Shown here: positions 17,288 to 27,481 of the stretch, piece by piece
How positions within the stretch are numbered: the first letter of the stretch is position 1
Layout: every line of letters begins with the position of its first letter
Source: Verrucomicrobiota bacterium
GTDB lineage: Bacteria; Verrucomicrobiota; Verrucomicrobiia; Limisphaerales; UBA11358
NCBI GenBank assembly: GCA_036803685.1
Contig: DAIRTX010000008.1
Span: 2,198-66,197, forward strand
DNA length: 64,000 bases
Direction of reading: 5' to 3'
The notes under the pieces: model-generated
Databases searched by the model: none
Seen by the model: the letters and a program-made list of their open reading frames with translations, nothing else
What the model was told of the DNA's origin: nothing
Translations under genes and position numbers: made by a program

Positions 17288-18166
17288 TCAGTAAAGCCAC
17301 TTCTCAATTTTTCCCTCCGCATCCAGTATTACGCCCTGACGCCGATAGGCCCAGCACATGTAGCTGATGCTCACGAAATACGACGCGGGCAGACGGTTCG
17401 CCGCGCAAATCTTCACGCCCAGCAACGTCGTCTTGCCGCCAAATCCCATCGGGCCGATGCCGAGCTCGTTCGCCGTTTTCAAAATGTCCTGTTCCAGCGC
17501 GTCGAGCTTCGGATTCGGATTGCGGTCGGGAATCAGCCGCAGGAATTGGATCTTGCTCATCTCGTAGCTGGTCGCGCGGTCACCGCCGATGCACACGCCG
17601 AGAATGCCCGGCCCGCAGCCCTTCCCCTGCGCCTGCAACACCGCGTCGAGAATCGCCTTGCGGCAGCCGTCGAGGTCGCGGTTCGCGTTGAGCTTCTCGC
17701 TCGGCAACGAGTATTGCGCCCCGACGTTTTCGCAACCGCCGCCCTTGAGCACCAACCGCACGCTCACTTCCGGCGAGCGATGTTGATGAAAATGAAACGT
17801 GGGCGCACCAGGCCCGACGTTCGTGCCGTCGTTGACGCCCGTGAGCGAGTCCACGGAGTTTTGGCGCAGATAACCTTTTTTCGTCGCCAGCTTCACGGCT
17901 TCCTTGGCCGTTTCCTCGAACGTGATCTGGTCGAAGCCGACCGGGCAATCCACAAAAAACAGGATGCTGCCGGTGTCCTGGCAAATCGGCTGCGACTTGC
18001 GTTTGGCGAGCTGGATGTTCTGGTCAATGATCTTCAGCGCGCTCTCGGCAATGGTGCCTTTTTTCTCCTGCTCCAGCGAAGCGAGGATGGACTGGTTGAC
18101 GTCGTCGGGAATTTCCGCCGAGGTGCGCCGGATCAACTCCAGCAGGGAATTTTGTAATTCGCTCAT
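17288..18166 (-). CDS. Fe-S hydro-lyase alpha subunit (class-I fumarate hydratase / tartrate dehydratase N-terminal-domain type)
   Basis: 292 aa with ICQDTGSILFFV, LKGGGCENVG and GVCIGGDRATS. Confidence 0.88.
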   Translation of the reverse strand: MSELQNSLLELIRRTSAEIPDDVNQSILASLEQEKKGTIAESALKIIDQNIQLAKRKSQPICQDTGSILFFVDCPVGFDQITFEETAKEAVKLATKKGYLRQNSVDSLTGVNDGTNVGPGAPTFHFHQHRSPEVSVRLVLKGGGCENVGAQYSLPSEKLNANRDLDGCRKAILDAVLQAQGKGCGPGILGVCIGGDRATSYEMSKIQFLRLIPDRNPNPKLDALEQDILKTANELGIGPMGFGGKTTLLGVKICAANRLPASYFVSISYMCWAYRRQGVILDAEGKIEKWLY

Positions 18167-18286
18167 AAAGCTGCGGATAGCGTAAGACCTTCACACGTCA
18201 GCGTCAATTAAGTGATGTTCGGTGGGTGCGCCGCTGTCACGGCGCACGGCGGCGCGGCAGCACCGCCCTACCAAAGTTAGCGTCAA

Positions 18287-20767
18287 TTGCGCGCAGTTGC
18301 ATTTCGCGCCGCTGCCAGTTTTAATCTGCGCGTGCAACAATCCGTCAGCAAAACTTGGAACCCGATTGACCCATGGTTCACACCTTGGCGGTTTGCGTTG
18401 TTGCTGGCGCTGCTGATTTTAGCCACGTTCCCACAGGTTCTGCTCGGCCTGGAAACCTTCGTCATCCGCGATTACGGTTTTTTCGCATATCCCCTCGCCC
18501 ATTTTCAGCGCGAATGTTTCTGGCGCGGGGAACTGCCGTTGTGGGATCCCTACAACAATTGCGGCGTGCCGTTTCTCGCGCAATGGAACACGATGCCGCT
18601 CTACCCGCCGTCGCTGATTTACCTCCTGTTGCCGCTGCAATGGTCGTTGGGTTTTTTCTGTCTGTTACATTTGTGGTTCGCGGGCTTCGGCATGTTTTTC
18701 CTCGCGCGCCGCTGGACGGGCAACTCCTTCGCGGCGGCGTTCGCGGGCGTGGCCTTTGCGTTCAACGGCCTGACGCTCAACCTGCTCATGTGGCCGAGTC
18801 ACATCGCCACACTCAGTTGGATGCCGTGGGTCGTGCTCGCGGTCGAACTGGCGTGGCGCGAAGGTGGGCAAAAAATCATTCTGGCCGCGTTCATCGGCGC
18901 GCTGCAAATGCTCGCTGGCGGCCCGGAAATTATTTTTCTCACGTGGATTTTGTTGCTGGCACTGTGGGTCCAACAATTCATCGCTGGTGGCGGCGACGCC
19001 TCGTCGCCGGCATTTTCTGCGACGGGGGCGTCGCAGCCACGCATCGCAATGCTCCGGCGTTTTCCATTGGTCGTGGCATTGGTGATTGCCCTGGCGGCGG
19101 TGCAACTGCTGCCGTTCCTCGATCTCGCCGCCCATTCGCAGCGGAGCGCCGGATACGCGGATACGCGCTGGTCCATGCCCGGTTGGGGCTGGGCGAATTT
19201 TCTCGTGCCGATGGCTTTCGGCCGCACCTGGACCGAAGGAGTGTTCTTCCAATACGAACAGTCATGGACGTCATCTTATTATCTCGGCATCGGGACGTTG
19301 TGGCTGGCGCTGTTCGCTCTCTGGACGGTGCGGGAACGTCGTGTGTGGCTGCTCGGTGGCGCAACGATCCTCGCGCTGATTTTTGCCTTTGGCGAAAACA
19401 CCTTCGTCTATCCCGCCCTGCGAAAAATCATCCCGCAGTTGAGTTTCGTGACTTACCCGATCAAATACGTGACACTCGCGGCCTTTCTCGCACCATTGCT
19501 CGCGGCTTTTGCCCTGGCACGATTTTTCCCCCTCTCCTCCGCCAAAGGAGGAGAGGGCCGGGGTGAGGAGGCCGATTATTCTAAAACTCAAATCCCCTCA
19601 CCCCAACCCTCTCCCCGCTTGGGCGGGGCGAGGGAGAAGACTTTTTCCCCGCAGTATTTTCAAACTTCCAGACTTTTAGCAATTGGAGTGATTTTGTTCG
19701 CGCTCCTCGCGGTAATTCTTTTCTGGGCCTGGCGGTTTCCATTTCCGACCGACGACGTTCACACAACGTTGCTCAACGGACTGACGCGCGCGTTCTTTCT
19801 GCTGCTGACCGGCGCGTTGTTGCTCGTTTTGATGCGGGAAACCAAACCCGGACTGTGCCGGATCGCGCCGCTGATTTTGGTTGTTGTCGCGTGGCTCGAC
19901 GTGTTCACGCACGAGCCAACGCAAAATCCGACCGTGCCACCGTGGATTTACGATCCCGGATTGTCGCGCACGAAACTGGCGCTGCAACCGCAGCCCGCGC
20001 TAGGCGAATCGCGAGCCATGGTCACGCCCCTGGCGGCAAACGAATTCATCCACTTTGCGGCCAGTGATCCAAAAAATAATTTTCTGGCGAAGCGGCTGGG
20101 TTATTGCGGCAATTGCAATCTGCTGGACGGCGTGCCGAAGGTGGACGGCTTTTTCTCGCTCACGCCGCGCGAATGCGACGATGTGCAATCTCTGCTTTAC
20201 GGTGCGACCAACGCCAATTTCCCGCGACTGGAAGATTTCATGGGCGTCTCGCAAATCACCGCGCCGGACGAATTTTTCCACTGGCAACCGCGCCGGACAT
20301 TTCTGCCGCTCGTGACCGCCGGACAAAAACCCGTGTTTCTTGACGACACCGACACGTTGCGCGGCCTGACGCAACCGGATTTTGATGGCGGCAAAATGGT
20401 CTTTCTGCCGCCCGAAGCGAAATCGTTGGTGACAGTGACAAACCAAACGGCCGCCCGTGTGCTCAGTTCACAATTCAAAGCGCAGCGCGTGGACATTGAA
20501 GTCGAGGCCATCGAACCGTCGCTCGTCCTCGTGGCACAAACGTATTATCACAACTGGCGCGTTTATGTGGATGACCAGCCGACGCATTTGCTGCGGGCGA
20601 ATTATGCGTTTCAAGCGTTCCAAGTTCCGGCGGGACGGCATCACGTGCGGCTGGCTTATGAAGACCTGGCGTTTCAATTCGGCGCGGCGGTCTCGATTTG
20701 CATGGCGGTGAATTGCTTCATTTGCCTGCACTTGCTGAGAAAGCGTCAGTTCCGCCCGCAACCTTGA
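18287..20767 (+). CDS. YfhO-family polytopic membrane protein (putative glycosyltransferase); start uncertain
   Basis: 826 aa with [45 protein letters not shown]..., many TM segments and a C-terminal beta-rich domain. It contains an in-frame repeat insertion. Confidence 0.75.
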   Translation: MRAVAFRAAASFNLRVQQSVSKTWNPIDPWFTPWRFALLLALLILATFPQVLLGLETFVIRDYGFFAYPLAHFQRECFWRGELPLWDPYNNCGVPFLAQWNTMPLYPPSLIYLLLPLQWSLGFFCLLHLWFAGFGMFFLARRWTGNSFAAAFAGVAFAFNGLTLNLLMWPSHIATLSWMPWVVLAVELAWREGGQKIILAAFIGALQMLAGGPEIIFLTWILLLALWVQQFIAGGGDASSPAFSATGASQPRIAMLRRFPLVVALVIALAAVQLLPFLDLAAHSQRSAGYADTRWSMPGWGWANFLVPMAFGRTWTEGVFFQYEQSWTSSYYLGIGTLWLALFALWTVRERRVWLLGGATILALIFAFGENTFVYPALRKIIPQLSFVTYPIKYVTLAAFLAPLLAAFALARFFPLSSAKGGEGRGEEADYSKTQIPSPQPSPRLGGAREKTFSPQYFQTSRLLAIGVILFALLAVILFWAWRFPFPTDDVHTTLLNGLTRAFFLLLTGALLLVLMRETKPGLCRIAPLILVVVAWLDVFTHEPTQNPTVPPWIYDPGLSRTKLALQPQPALGESRAMVTPLAANEFIHFAASDPKNNFLAKRLGYCGNCNLLDGVPKVDGFFSLTPRECDDVQSLLYGATNANFPRLEDFMGVSQITAPDEFFHWQPRRTFLPLVTAGQKPVFLDDTDTLRGLTQPDFDGGKMVFLPPEAKSLVTVTNQTAARVLSSQFKAQRVDIEVEAIEPSLVLVAQTYYHNWRVYVDDQPTHLLRANYAFQAFQVPAGRHHVRLAYEDLAFQFGAAVSICMAVNCFICLHLLRKRQFRPQP
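19529..19637. repeat. Three-hairpin REP module inserted in frame in the YfhO-family gene
   Basis: The hairpins are CCCTCTCCTCC-GCCAAA-GGAGGAGAGGG, GGGGTGAGG...CCTCACCCC and CCCTCTCCCCGC-TTGG-GCGGGGCGAGGG. They are translated as ...[35 protein letters not shown]... Confidence 0.75.
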
Positions 20768-20781
20768 GCGAACTCTCATTA

Positions 20782-20908
20782 ATACCAATTCCCAGAGACA
20801 ATCGGTGCAATGGGTAGGGCGGCGCTGCGGCGCCGCCGGGTATGATGGCCGCGCAGCAACGCGGCCCTACCGTCGGGAAATGTGCCGATTATTATTGAGA
20901 AATGGTAT
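20782..20908. repeat. MITE-like palindromic element, copy A (127 bp)
   Basis: The termini are ATACCAATTCCC...GAGAAATGGTAT and the core is TAGGGCGGCGCTGC...GCGGCCCTAC. It is nearly identical to 40924-41051 and lies about 100 bp upstream of the pfkA start. Confidence 0.8.
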
Positions 20909-21011
20909 AACACCCTGCTTTACAAAACCGAGAGGCATTCAATTTGATTGGAAGCAAAAAGTTGTTCTCGACAAAGAACCGCTTTTTGCGGATTCAAATG
21001 TGGCGGAGACA

Positions 21012-22139
21012 ATGACCAAAACCAAACGCATCGGCATCTTGACGGCAGGCGGCGACAGCCCCGGCTTGAATGCCGCCATTCGTGGCGTCGGCAAAACCGC
21101 TCTCGGCTTTTACGGCATGGAGATCATCGGCTTTCGCGACGGCTTTCGCGGCCTGGTCACCGACCGGCGGCTGCGTCTTGATGGAAGCGTGCTGGCCGGA
21201 ATCCTCACCGTCGGCGGCACGATCCTCGGCACCAGCCGCGACAAACCGCATCGCATGAAGATTGACGGCCGGACGCGCGACATGACCGGGGTCATCGTCA
21301 ACAATTACAAGAAATACGGACTCACCGCGCTCGTATGCCTCGGCGGTGGCGGCACGCAAAAAAATGCGCTGCGTCTCACGGAAGCCGGGCTCAACGTCAT
21401 CTCAATTCCCAAAACCATTGACAACGACGTGGCGATGACGGATTCGTCCATCGGTTTCGCCACCGCGCTGGATATTGCCACGGAAGCCATTGACCGGCTG
21501 CACAGCACGGCGCACAGTCATCATCGAATTGTGGTCGCGGAAATCATGGGGCATCGCGCAGGCTGGCTGGCGCTGGGCGCGGGCATTGCCGGCGGCGCGG
21601 ACGTGATTTTGATTCCCGAAATTCCCTACCACGTTGATAAAATTGTTGAAGCCATTCGGCATCGCAGCCGGCACGGAACCAATTTCAGCATTGTTGCCGT
21701 GGCCGAGGGCGCGATGAGCGTGGAAGACGCGCGCGCCTTTGCCGCCGCCGAAAACCGCAAGGAGAAGGCGCGCAACCCGCGCGAACGGAACGAGGCCAAA
21801 CTCGAACTCGCCGCGATCGAAGCCAGGCACGACGGCAACACGCTCCGGCTCGCCAAACAGCTTGAGGAACTCACGCACCTCGAATCGCGCGTCACCATCC
21901 TCGGTTACGTGCAACGCGGTGGCACGCCGTCGCCGGCGGACCGGTTGCTCGCCACGCGGCTCGGCAGCGCGTGCGCGGATTTGATTCACGACAATGTTTT
22001 CGGTGTGATGGTGGCCTCGCGCGGCGATGGCACGGAACCCGTGCCGCTGGTAAAGGTCGCCGGAAAGCGCAAAACCGTTCCGCCCAATCATTCATGGGTT
22101 GAAACCGCCCGGCGCGTGGGGACGTGTCTGGGGGATTAA
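21012..22139 (+). CDS. pfkA: 6-phosphofructokinase
   Basis: Taken from the internal ATG: [26 protein letters not shown]...GGGGTQ...PKTIDNDV...MGHRAGW...LGYVQRGG. The track ORF start at 20805 reads through the MITE. Confidence 0.88.
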   Translation: MTKTKRIGILTAGGDSPGLNAAIRGVGKTALGFYGMEIIGFRDGFRGLVTDRRLRLDGSVLAGILTVGGTILGTSRDKPHRMKIDGRTRDMTGVIVNNYKKYGLTALVCLGGGGTQKNALRLTEAGLNVISIPKTIDNDVAMTDSSIGFATALDIATEAIDRLHSTAHSHHRIVVAEIMGHRAGWLALGAGIAGGADVILIPEIPYHVDKIVEAIRHRSRHGTNFSIVAVAEGAMSVEDARAFAAAENRKEKARNPRERNEAKLELAAIEARHDGNTLRLAKQLEELTHLESRVTILGYVQRGGTPSPADRLLATRLGSACADLIHDNVFGVMVASRGDGTEPVPLVKVAGKRKTVPPNHSWVETARRVGTCLGD

Positions 22140-23395
22140 GCCGGCACGGACAGGCTTGCGCAACTGGACATGCGAACAGATGAACTGCTTGGGCCATCTG
22201 TTTTGATCACTGTCGCGCCGGCCGCCGGCCGCGAAACAAAAATCGTCGCTTCGATGCCAGTCTTTTTCTTGTAATCCGCCGCGAGTTTCTTCGAGATGGC
22301 GTCTATTGCGTCGGTCTTCACCAATGCGACAGCGCAACCGCCGAAACCTCCGCCGGTCATGCGGCAGCCGATCATTCCGCCTTTGAGGCCGATGGATTCC
22401 GCAATCTCGACGATGGTGTCCAATTCCTTGCAGCTTACTTCGTAGTCGTCGCGCAGCGAACGGTGGCTGGCATACATGAGCTGGCCGACGGTCGGCCAGT
22501 TTGAGGCGCGGACGCCCTCGGCGGCGTGGACGGTGCGCTCGATTTCACTGATGACATGGCGGGCGCGGCGGAAAACCACTTTGTCCATTTTGGTTTTCGC
22601 AAGTTCAAGCGCGTCAGGTGTGGCGTCGCGCAACGAAGGGACGCCAAGAATTTTCGCGGCGGCTTCGCATTGTTTGCGGCGCGCAGGGTATTCACTGCCG
22701 GTCAACTCATGTTTCACGTTGGTATTGATGATGAGCACGGCAACGGAAGGGTCGGTCATCGGCACCAGTTCCGATTTCCGTGAGCGACAGTCGAGCAGCA
22801 GCACCTGATTTTCCCGGCCCATGACGGAAATGAACTGGTCCATGATGCCGCACGGCATGCCGGCATAGTCGTGCTCGGCTTTCTGGCAGAGCAGCGCTTT
22901 TTCAACCGGATCGAGGTTTTTGCCGGTGATGATTTCGAGCAGCGTGGCCGTGGCGACCTCGAGGGCTGCGCTGCTGGAAAGGCCGCCGCCCAGCGGCACG
23001 GTCGAGTGAATCAGCGCGTCGAAGCCGCCGGGATTCAGTCCGCGAGCGAGGAACCCGGCGATGACGCCGACAGGATAATTCGCCCAGTTGCCTTTCGGAA
23101 ACGGTTTCAGCGGTTTGGTTAGATCCAGGGTTGCGGGCTTGTTGCAAAATGTGGAGTGAAACTGGATTTGATTCGGGTCCCCGACCGGGTAATCGGCGGC
23201 GATGACGGTGTAGCGTTCAATTGCCATCGGAAACACAAAGCCGTCGTTGTAATCGGTGTGCTCGCCGATGATATTGACGCGCCCGGGCGCGCCGGCAATC
23301 CAGCGCGGCTGGCGTCCATAAACTTTGACGAATTGCTGGGTGGTGTGCCCGGCGAGTTCTTTCAGTGTCATAGAGGATGAAACTTTGTCCGACAA
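22136..23395 (-). CDS. galK: galactokinase
   Basis: 419 aa with [39 protein letters not shown] and MTGGGFGGC. Its 3' end overlaps the pfkA stop by 4 nt (convergent genes). Confidence 0.9.
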   Translation of the reverse strand: MSDKVSSSMTLKELAGHTTQQFVKVYGRQPRWIAGAPGRVNIIGEHTDYNDGFVFPMAIERYTVIAADYPVGDPNQIQFHSTFCNKPATLDLTKPLKPFPKGNWANYPVGVIAGFLARGLNPGGFDALIHSTVPLGGGLSSSAALEVATATLLEIITGKNLDPVEKALLCQKAEHDYAGMPCGIMDQFISVMGRENQVLLLDCRSRKSELVPMTDPSVAVLIINTNVKHELTGSEYPARRKQCEAAAKILGVPSLRDATPDALELAKTKMDKVVFRRARHVISEIERTVHAAEGVRASNWPTVGQLMYASHRSLRDDYEVSCKELDTIVEIAESIGLKGGMIGCRMTGGGFGGCAVALVKTDAIDAISKKLAADYKKKTGIEATIFVSRPAAGATVIKTDGPSSSSVRMSSCASLSVPA

Positions 23396-23438
23396 TATAT
23401 CATTAAAACGTTGCCAACAAAAGGATAATTTTGGCTTG

Positions 23439-23654
23439 TCAGGCCGGCGGCGGTGTCTTCCGGCTCCGCGTCGTGCCGAGCAGCATCAACACGCCAAACA
23501 CGAGCAGGACGATGCCCCACCAAAGATTGACGTTGACGTTGAGGGAGCGGGCGTAAAGGGCGGCGTCGGAGTTGGTCGCCGCGCCGAAGCCGACGAGCAG
23601 CAGGCCGATGAGCGAGAACATGAGGCCGATTGGCAAGCGGATGTCGAGTCCCAT
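23439..23654 (-). CDS. small two-TM membrane protein downstream of the symporter
   Basis: 71 aa with two hydrophobic helices. It is tightly spaced after the SSS gene (18 nt). Confidence 0.45.
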   Translation of the reverse strand: MGLDIRLPIGLMFSLIGLLLVGFGAATNSDAALYARSLNVNVNLWWGIVLLVFGVLMLLGTTRSRKTPPPA

Positions 23655-23672
23655 AAATTTGTTCCTTTCGTT

Positions 23673-25613
23673 TTACCAGAATATAATATTGAGAATGACG
23701 CAGACGATCAGCAGGACAGTGCCGACGACTGCCGGGCGCAAAATCCACGGCTGGTTGTCATCCTTGATTTTTGGCGTGAGTGAATAGACGAGGCCTTTCA
23801 ATTCCGCGTCGGTCTTCGTCCGGCTCGTAGCGAGTGAAATCACCAGCGTGAGCGTGAAGCAGACCGTGAACGCGAACGCGGCGAGCCAGAAATTCTGCGC
23901 CATCTCGCTGGGGAAAACCTGGAGGACTTTGAGATAGCCGCCTTTGATGCCGGGCGCGTTGCCTTGCGCGATGGTCAGCGCGTGGAAAATGGCGGAACCG
24001 CCCATGCCGCCGAACAAACCAAGAAACGCGCCGGTGCCGGTTGAGCGTTTCCAGAACATGCCGAGCAGGAAGGTCGCGAACAGCGGGGCGTTCACAAAGC
24101 CGAACACGAGCTGGATGATGTCCATGCAGTTGTTGTACTCCGAGGCTAAATAGGCGGCGGCGATGCTCAACAAGATGCCGACCACGGTGATGACCTTGCC
24201 CGTCAGGAAATAGTGCCGGTCGCTTTTACCCGGCGCGAAGTAGGCTTGGTAAAGGTCATAGGTAAAGACGGTGTTGAACGCGGTCACGTTGCCAGCCATG
24301 CCGGACATGAATGACGCGAGCAGCGCGGTGAGCGCAAGTCCGAGCAGGCCGGGCGGACAGTATTTTTTTACAAGCGAAAGGATGACGCCGTCGTAGTCAT
24401 TTTCCGCGACACTGTTGTAAAGGCCCTGCTTGATTTTATCATCGGACAATTTACTTGCGGCGTTGGCAGCGACCAGGGAGCTGATTCTTACCGCGTCCAC
24501 TTTTTTGCCGAGCGCGTCGCCTACGGCCTTGACCGCCACGGCGGAATCGGCGGGATTCGCATTTTTCACCACGTCAACAGCCCTGGCATAAGTTTCCTGC
24601 GAAATAATCGGCGGCGGGATGCGGTAATTTTTGTCCGGTGTCGAGGTCAGCGCGACGGCGATCATGCCCGGCACGATGACGAGGAACGGGAAAAACATTT
24701 TCGGCACGGCGGCGACGAGCGGAGTGTTGCGGGCGGCGGTCATGTTCTTCGCCGCCATCGCGCGTTGAACGACGAGGAAATTGGTGCACCAATAACCAAA
24801 CGACAGCACAAAGCCGAGGCCGAAAATCATCGCGAACCAGTCCACGCCCATCGGGTTGTTGGCCGGACCGGCCAGAACCGGTTGCCAGGCACTGGTCCAG
24901 GCATTGGCGGCGTAAGTCGTGCCGGCTTCCTTAAGATACAGGGCGGCGGGATTGGTGGCGACCGTTTGCAACGACTGGTTCATCGAATGCCAGCCGCCCA
25001 CGTCTTTCAATCCGAGATAAACGACCGGCGCGAAACCGAGGACAATCATGAAGAATTGCAAAACTTCGGTGTAAATTGCCGAGGTCAATCCGCCTTTCAA
25101 AACGTAAATCAGCACGACGCCGGAGCAAACCCACAATGCGACGTTGTAGTTCCAGCCGAGCAGCTGGTTGAGCAATTTGGCCAGCGCGTTCATGGAAATG
25201 CCCGAGGCGAATATGGTCATCACGGCGAACGCGACGGAGTTCAACGCGCGGACGCGCTCGTCGAAACGCATTTTCAAATACTCCGGCACGGACCGCGCCC
25301 TGGAGCCGTAATAAAACGGCATCATGAACACGGCGAGGAACACCATCGCCGGAATCGCGCCAACCCAATAAAAATGCGCGGTGGCGATGCCGTATTTGGC
25401 GCCGCTGGCGGCCATGCCGACGAGTTCGAGCGCGCCGAGGTTGGCGGAGATGAAAGCGAGGCCGGTGACCCACGTCGGAATCGAACGCGCGGACGTGAGA
25501 AAGTCCGACGACGTTTTCATGTAACGCGCGAGTATCCAGCCGATGCCGAGAACAAAGGCGACGTAAGCGATTAGAATCGCGTAATCAACCCAGGCGAGAT
25601 TAATTGGTTGCAT
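23673..25613 (-). CDS. sodium:solute symporter (SSS/SGLT family), probable sugar (galactose) transporter
   Basis: 646 aa with about 14 TM segments. The N-terminus ...DYAILIAYVAFVLGIGWILARYMKTSSDFLTSARSIPTW is typical of SSS, and the gene is in an operon context with galK. Confidence 0.8.
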   Translation of the reverse strand: MQPINLAWVDYAILIAYVAFVLGIGWILARYMKTSSDFLTSARSIPTWVTGLAFISANLGALELVGMAASGAKYGIATAHFYWVGAIPAMVFLAVFMMPFYYGSRARSVPEYLKMRFDERVRALNSVAFAVMTIFASGISMNALAKLLNQLLGWNYNVALWVCSGVVLIYVLKGGLTSAIYTEVLQFFMIVLGFAPVVYLGLKDVGGWHSMNQSLQTVATNPAALYLKEAGTTYAANAWTSAWQPVLAGPANNPMGVDWFAMIFGLGFVLSFGYWCTNFLVVQRAMAAKNMTAARNTPLVAAVPKMFFPFLVIVPGMIAVALTSTPDKNYRIPPPIISQETYARAVDVVKNANPADSAVAVKAVGDALGKKVDAVRISSLVAANAASKLSDDKIKQGLYNSVAENDYDGVILSLVKKYCPPGLLGLALTALLASFMSGMAGNVTAFNTVFTYDLYQAYFAPGKSDRHYFLTGKVITVVGILLSIAAAYLASEYNNCMDIIQLVFGFVNAPLFATFLLGMFWKRSTGTGAFLGLFGGMGGSAIFHALTIAQGNAPGIKGGYLKVLQVFPSEMAQNFWLAAFAFTVCFTLTLVISLATSRTKTDAELKGLVYSLTPKIKDDNQPWILRPAVVGTVLLIVCVILNIIFW

Positions 25614-25719
25614 AAAGATTTCGGCGTGTTTTAACGATTTGCGTAAGTCGGGTCAATCCCATTGTTCCTATTGTTTTCAGTGGCAACTTGTGGTTTATTG
25701 TGGGCGCAAATTAAATTTT

Positions 25720-26118
25720 ATGCCCACAAAGATTGAAGATAAGACCGGGGAACTGTGCCAAACCATCATTGACCAGCCGGAAATGATTTCCATCCGCAAG
25801 CGCATTGACAATTTTTTGTCCGACTCCAAGACCCGCGGCCAATACGAAACGGTGATGAGCAAGGGCCAGGCGCTTCAGGAAAAGCAGGCCCAGTCGCAAC
25901 CGCTCGAAAGCGCGGAAATCGCCGATTTTGAAAGGCACCGCGACGCCCTGCTGAACAATCCCGTCGCGCGCGGATTTCTGGACGCGCAGGAGGAATTGCA
26001 TGAAATCCAGCATTCGATTCAAAAGCACATTTCCAAAACGCTCGAACTGGGCCGGGTCCCGACGGAAGGGGATTTCGACAATGGTTCGTGCGGCCACGGT
26101 TGCGGCTGCCATCATTGA
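25720..26118 (+). CDS. YlbF/YmcA-like protein with C-terminal Cys/His cluster
   Basis: 132 aa from the internal ATG: helical, with the tail GSCGHGCGCHH as in YlbF-family proteins. Confidence 0.5.
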   Translation: MPTKIEDKTGELCQTIIDQPEMISIRKRIDNFLSDSKTRGQYETVMSKGQALQEKQAQSQPLESAEIADFERHRDALLNNPVARGFLDAQEELHEIQHSIQKHISKTLELGRVPTEGDFDNGSCGHGCGCHH

Positions 26119-26281
26119 AACGGCTCCGTTCCGGGGTTGATCCGTCGGAGAAAACGGATTGTCCCGCCGGGCAGCTGGTTTTTTACGGGTAAGAGCCTCG
26201 GCGCCGTGGTTTGATAAAAGTGCACTTTTTTGCAGAAATTCTTGAAAAACTGCGCGCGAGGTTTATAGTTTACTGGAATCC

Positions 26282-27427
26282 ATGCCAAAAAAACAAAAGC
26301 GTGTGCTGCTTGCGTTGGGGTGGTACGACTACCGTCTTCATCAAGGCATTGAAAAATACGCCCAGGAACACGGCTGGCATTTGTATGCCGATCTGGCCAG
26401 GGAAAAAGTTATTCCCTGGGGCTGGGAAGGCGACGGCGTTCTCGCCTGGCTGGGAGCCGGTGATGATCTTGCCGAATTTGTCCAATCCACCAAAAAGCCC
26501 ACGGTGGATTTCAGCCTGCGCCGTCCGCAGTTGAAATTTCCCCGCGTGCTGGAAGACCACGCTCATGCGGCGCAACTTGTCGCCGACCATTTTATTTCCC
26601 GCGGGTTTGTTAATTTCATGTTTTACAGCGATGCCGACAACTGGTCGTACGAAGAACGCGGCGAGGGATTCATCAACGCGCTGAAAAAGGCCGGTTACGA
26701 ATGCACCTGGTCGCGCTGGCATCGATCCCCGGACTTTGCCGCCGATCGCGAAATATGGAAGCGGAAACGCAAGTGGCTGGTTGCTGAAATGAAACGCGCG
26801 CCAAAGCCGCTGGCGGTTTTTGCCGCCAATGACCAGCAGGCGCTCGACGTTCTGGAATCATGCGAAAGCATTGGTATCGCCATTCCCGAGCAGGTCGCGA
26901 TTGTTGGCGCGGAGAATTATCTTCTGGCACCGGACGCCATGCACATTCCCGTGTCGAGCGTGGACACCAATCTGGAAACTCTGGGTTATCGCGGGGCCGA
27001 ATTGCTGGATCAACTGATGAGCGGGAAACCGTCGCCGAAAGAACCCGTCCGAATTCCCGCCAAAGGCGTGGTGGCTCGCCGGAGCAGTGACTTTCTTGCG
27101 ATAAAACACAAAAACGTGGCCAAAAGCCTGCGCTACATGTGGGAACATAGCCACGAGCCCATCTGTGTCAAGGATTTGGTTGCCGTTGCCGCCATGTCAC
27201 GGCGCGGGATGCACAAGGCGTTTTTGGAGCACATCGGCCGCACCCCCGGACAGGAGCTTCAACGCGTCCGAATCGAACACGCTAAAAAGTTGCTCGCGGA
27301 ATCCAGCGGCAAAATTGAAACGCTTGCCAAAATGTGCGGTTATCAAAGCATCAACAGCTTTTGCATCGCCTTCAAGCGAACGACCGGCATGTCGGCCAAA
27401 CGTTATCGGGAAACCATTCGATATTAA
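26282..27427 (+). CDS. XylR-like regulator (periplasmic-binding-protein/LacI-type sensor domain fused to AraC HTH)
   Basis: 381 aa with the C-terminal AraC HTH (...VAAMSRRGMHKAFLEHIGRTPGQELQRVRIEHAKKLL...CGYQSINSFCIAFKRTTGMSAKRYR). Confidence 0.75.
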   Translation: MPKKQKRVLLALGWYDYRLHQGIEKYAQEHGWHLYADLAREKVIPWGWEGDGVLAWLGAGDDLAEFVQSTKKPTVDFSLRRPQLKFPRVLEDHAHAAQLVADHFISRGFVNFMFYSDADNWSYEERGEGFINALKKAGYECTWSRWHRSPDFAADREIWKRKRKWLVAEMKRAPKPLAVFAANDQQALDVLESCESIGIAIPEQVAIVGAENYLLAPDAMHIPVSSVDTNLETLGYRGAELLDQLMSGKPSPKEPVRIPAKGVVARRSSDFLAIKHKNVAKSLRYMWEHSHEPICVKDLVAVAAMSRRGMHKAFLEHIGRTPGQELQRVRIEHAKKLLAESSGKIETLAKMCGYQSINSFCIAFKRTTGMSAKRYRETIRY

Positions 27428-27481
27428 GACCGGCGGCAAATCCGCTTTGCGCCGAAACCCGCTTCTGGAATAATTCCGCGC

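Noticed and set aside
13476-18166. Looked for an integrase, recombinase or transposase that could explain the fumarate hydratase cassette array.
   Set aside because: None of the six cargo ORFs, nor any ORF elsewhere in the window, has tyrosine or serine recombinase or DDE motifs. The only HUH enzyme (7191-8110) is frameshifted and has unrelated ends. The mechanism is therefore left open rather than assigned.
18373-19566. A 397-aa alternative-frame ORF inside the YfhO-family gene, together with several long minus-strand ORFs at 18665-20511.
   Set aside because: These are Arg/Pro/Ala-rich wrong-frame products. The 826-aa frame has the TM pattern and YfhO motifs.
20805-21011. A 69-codon N-terminal extension of the pfkA ORF ([24 protein letters not shown]...).
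   Set aside because: The extension is the read-through of MITE copy A. The conserved Pfk N-terminus ([20 protein letters not shown]) starts at 21012.
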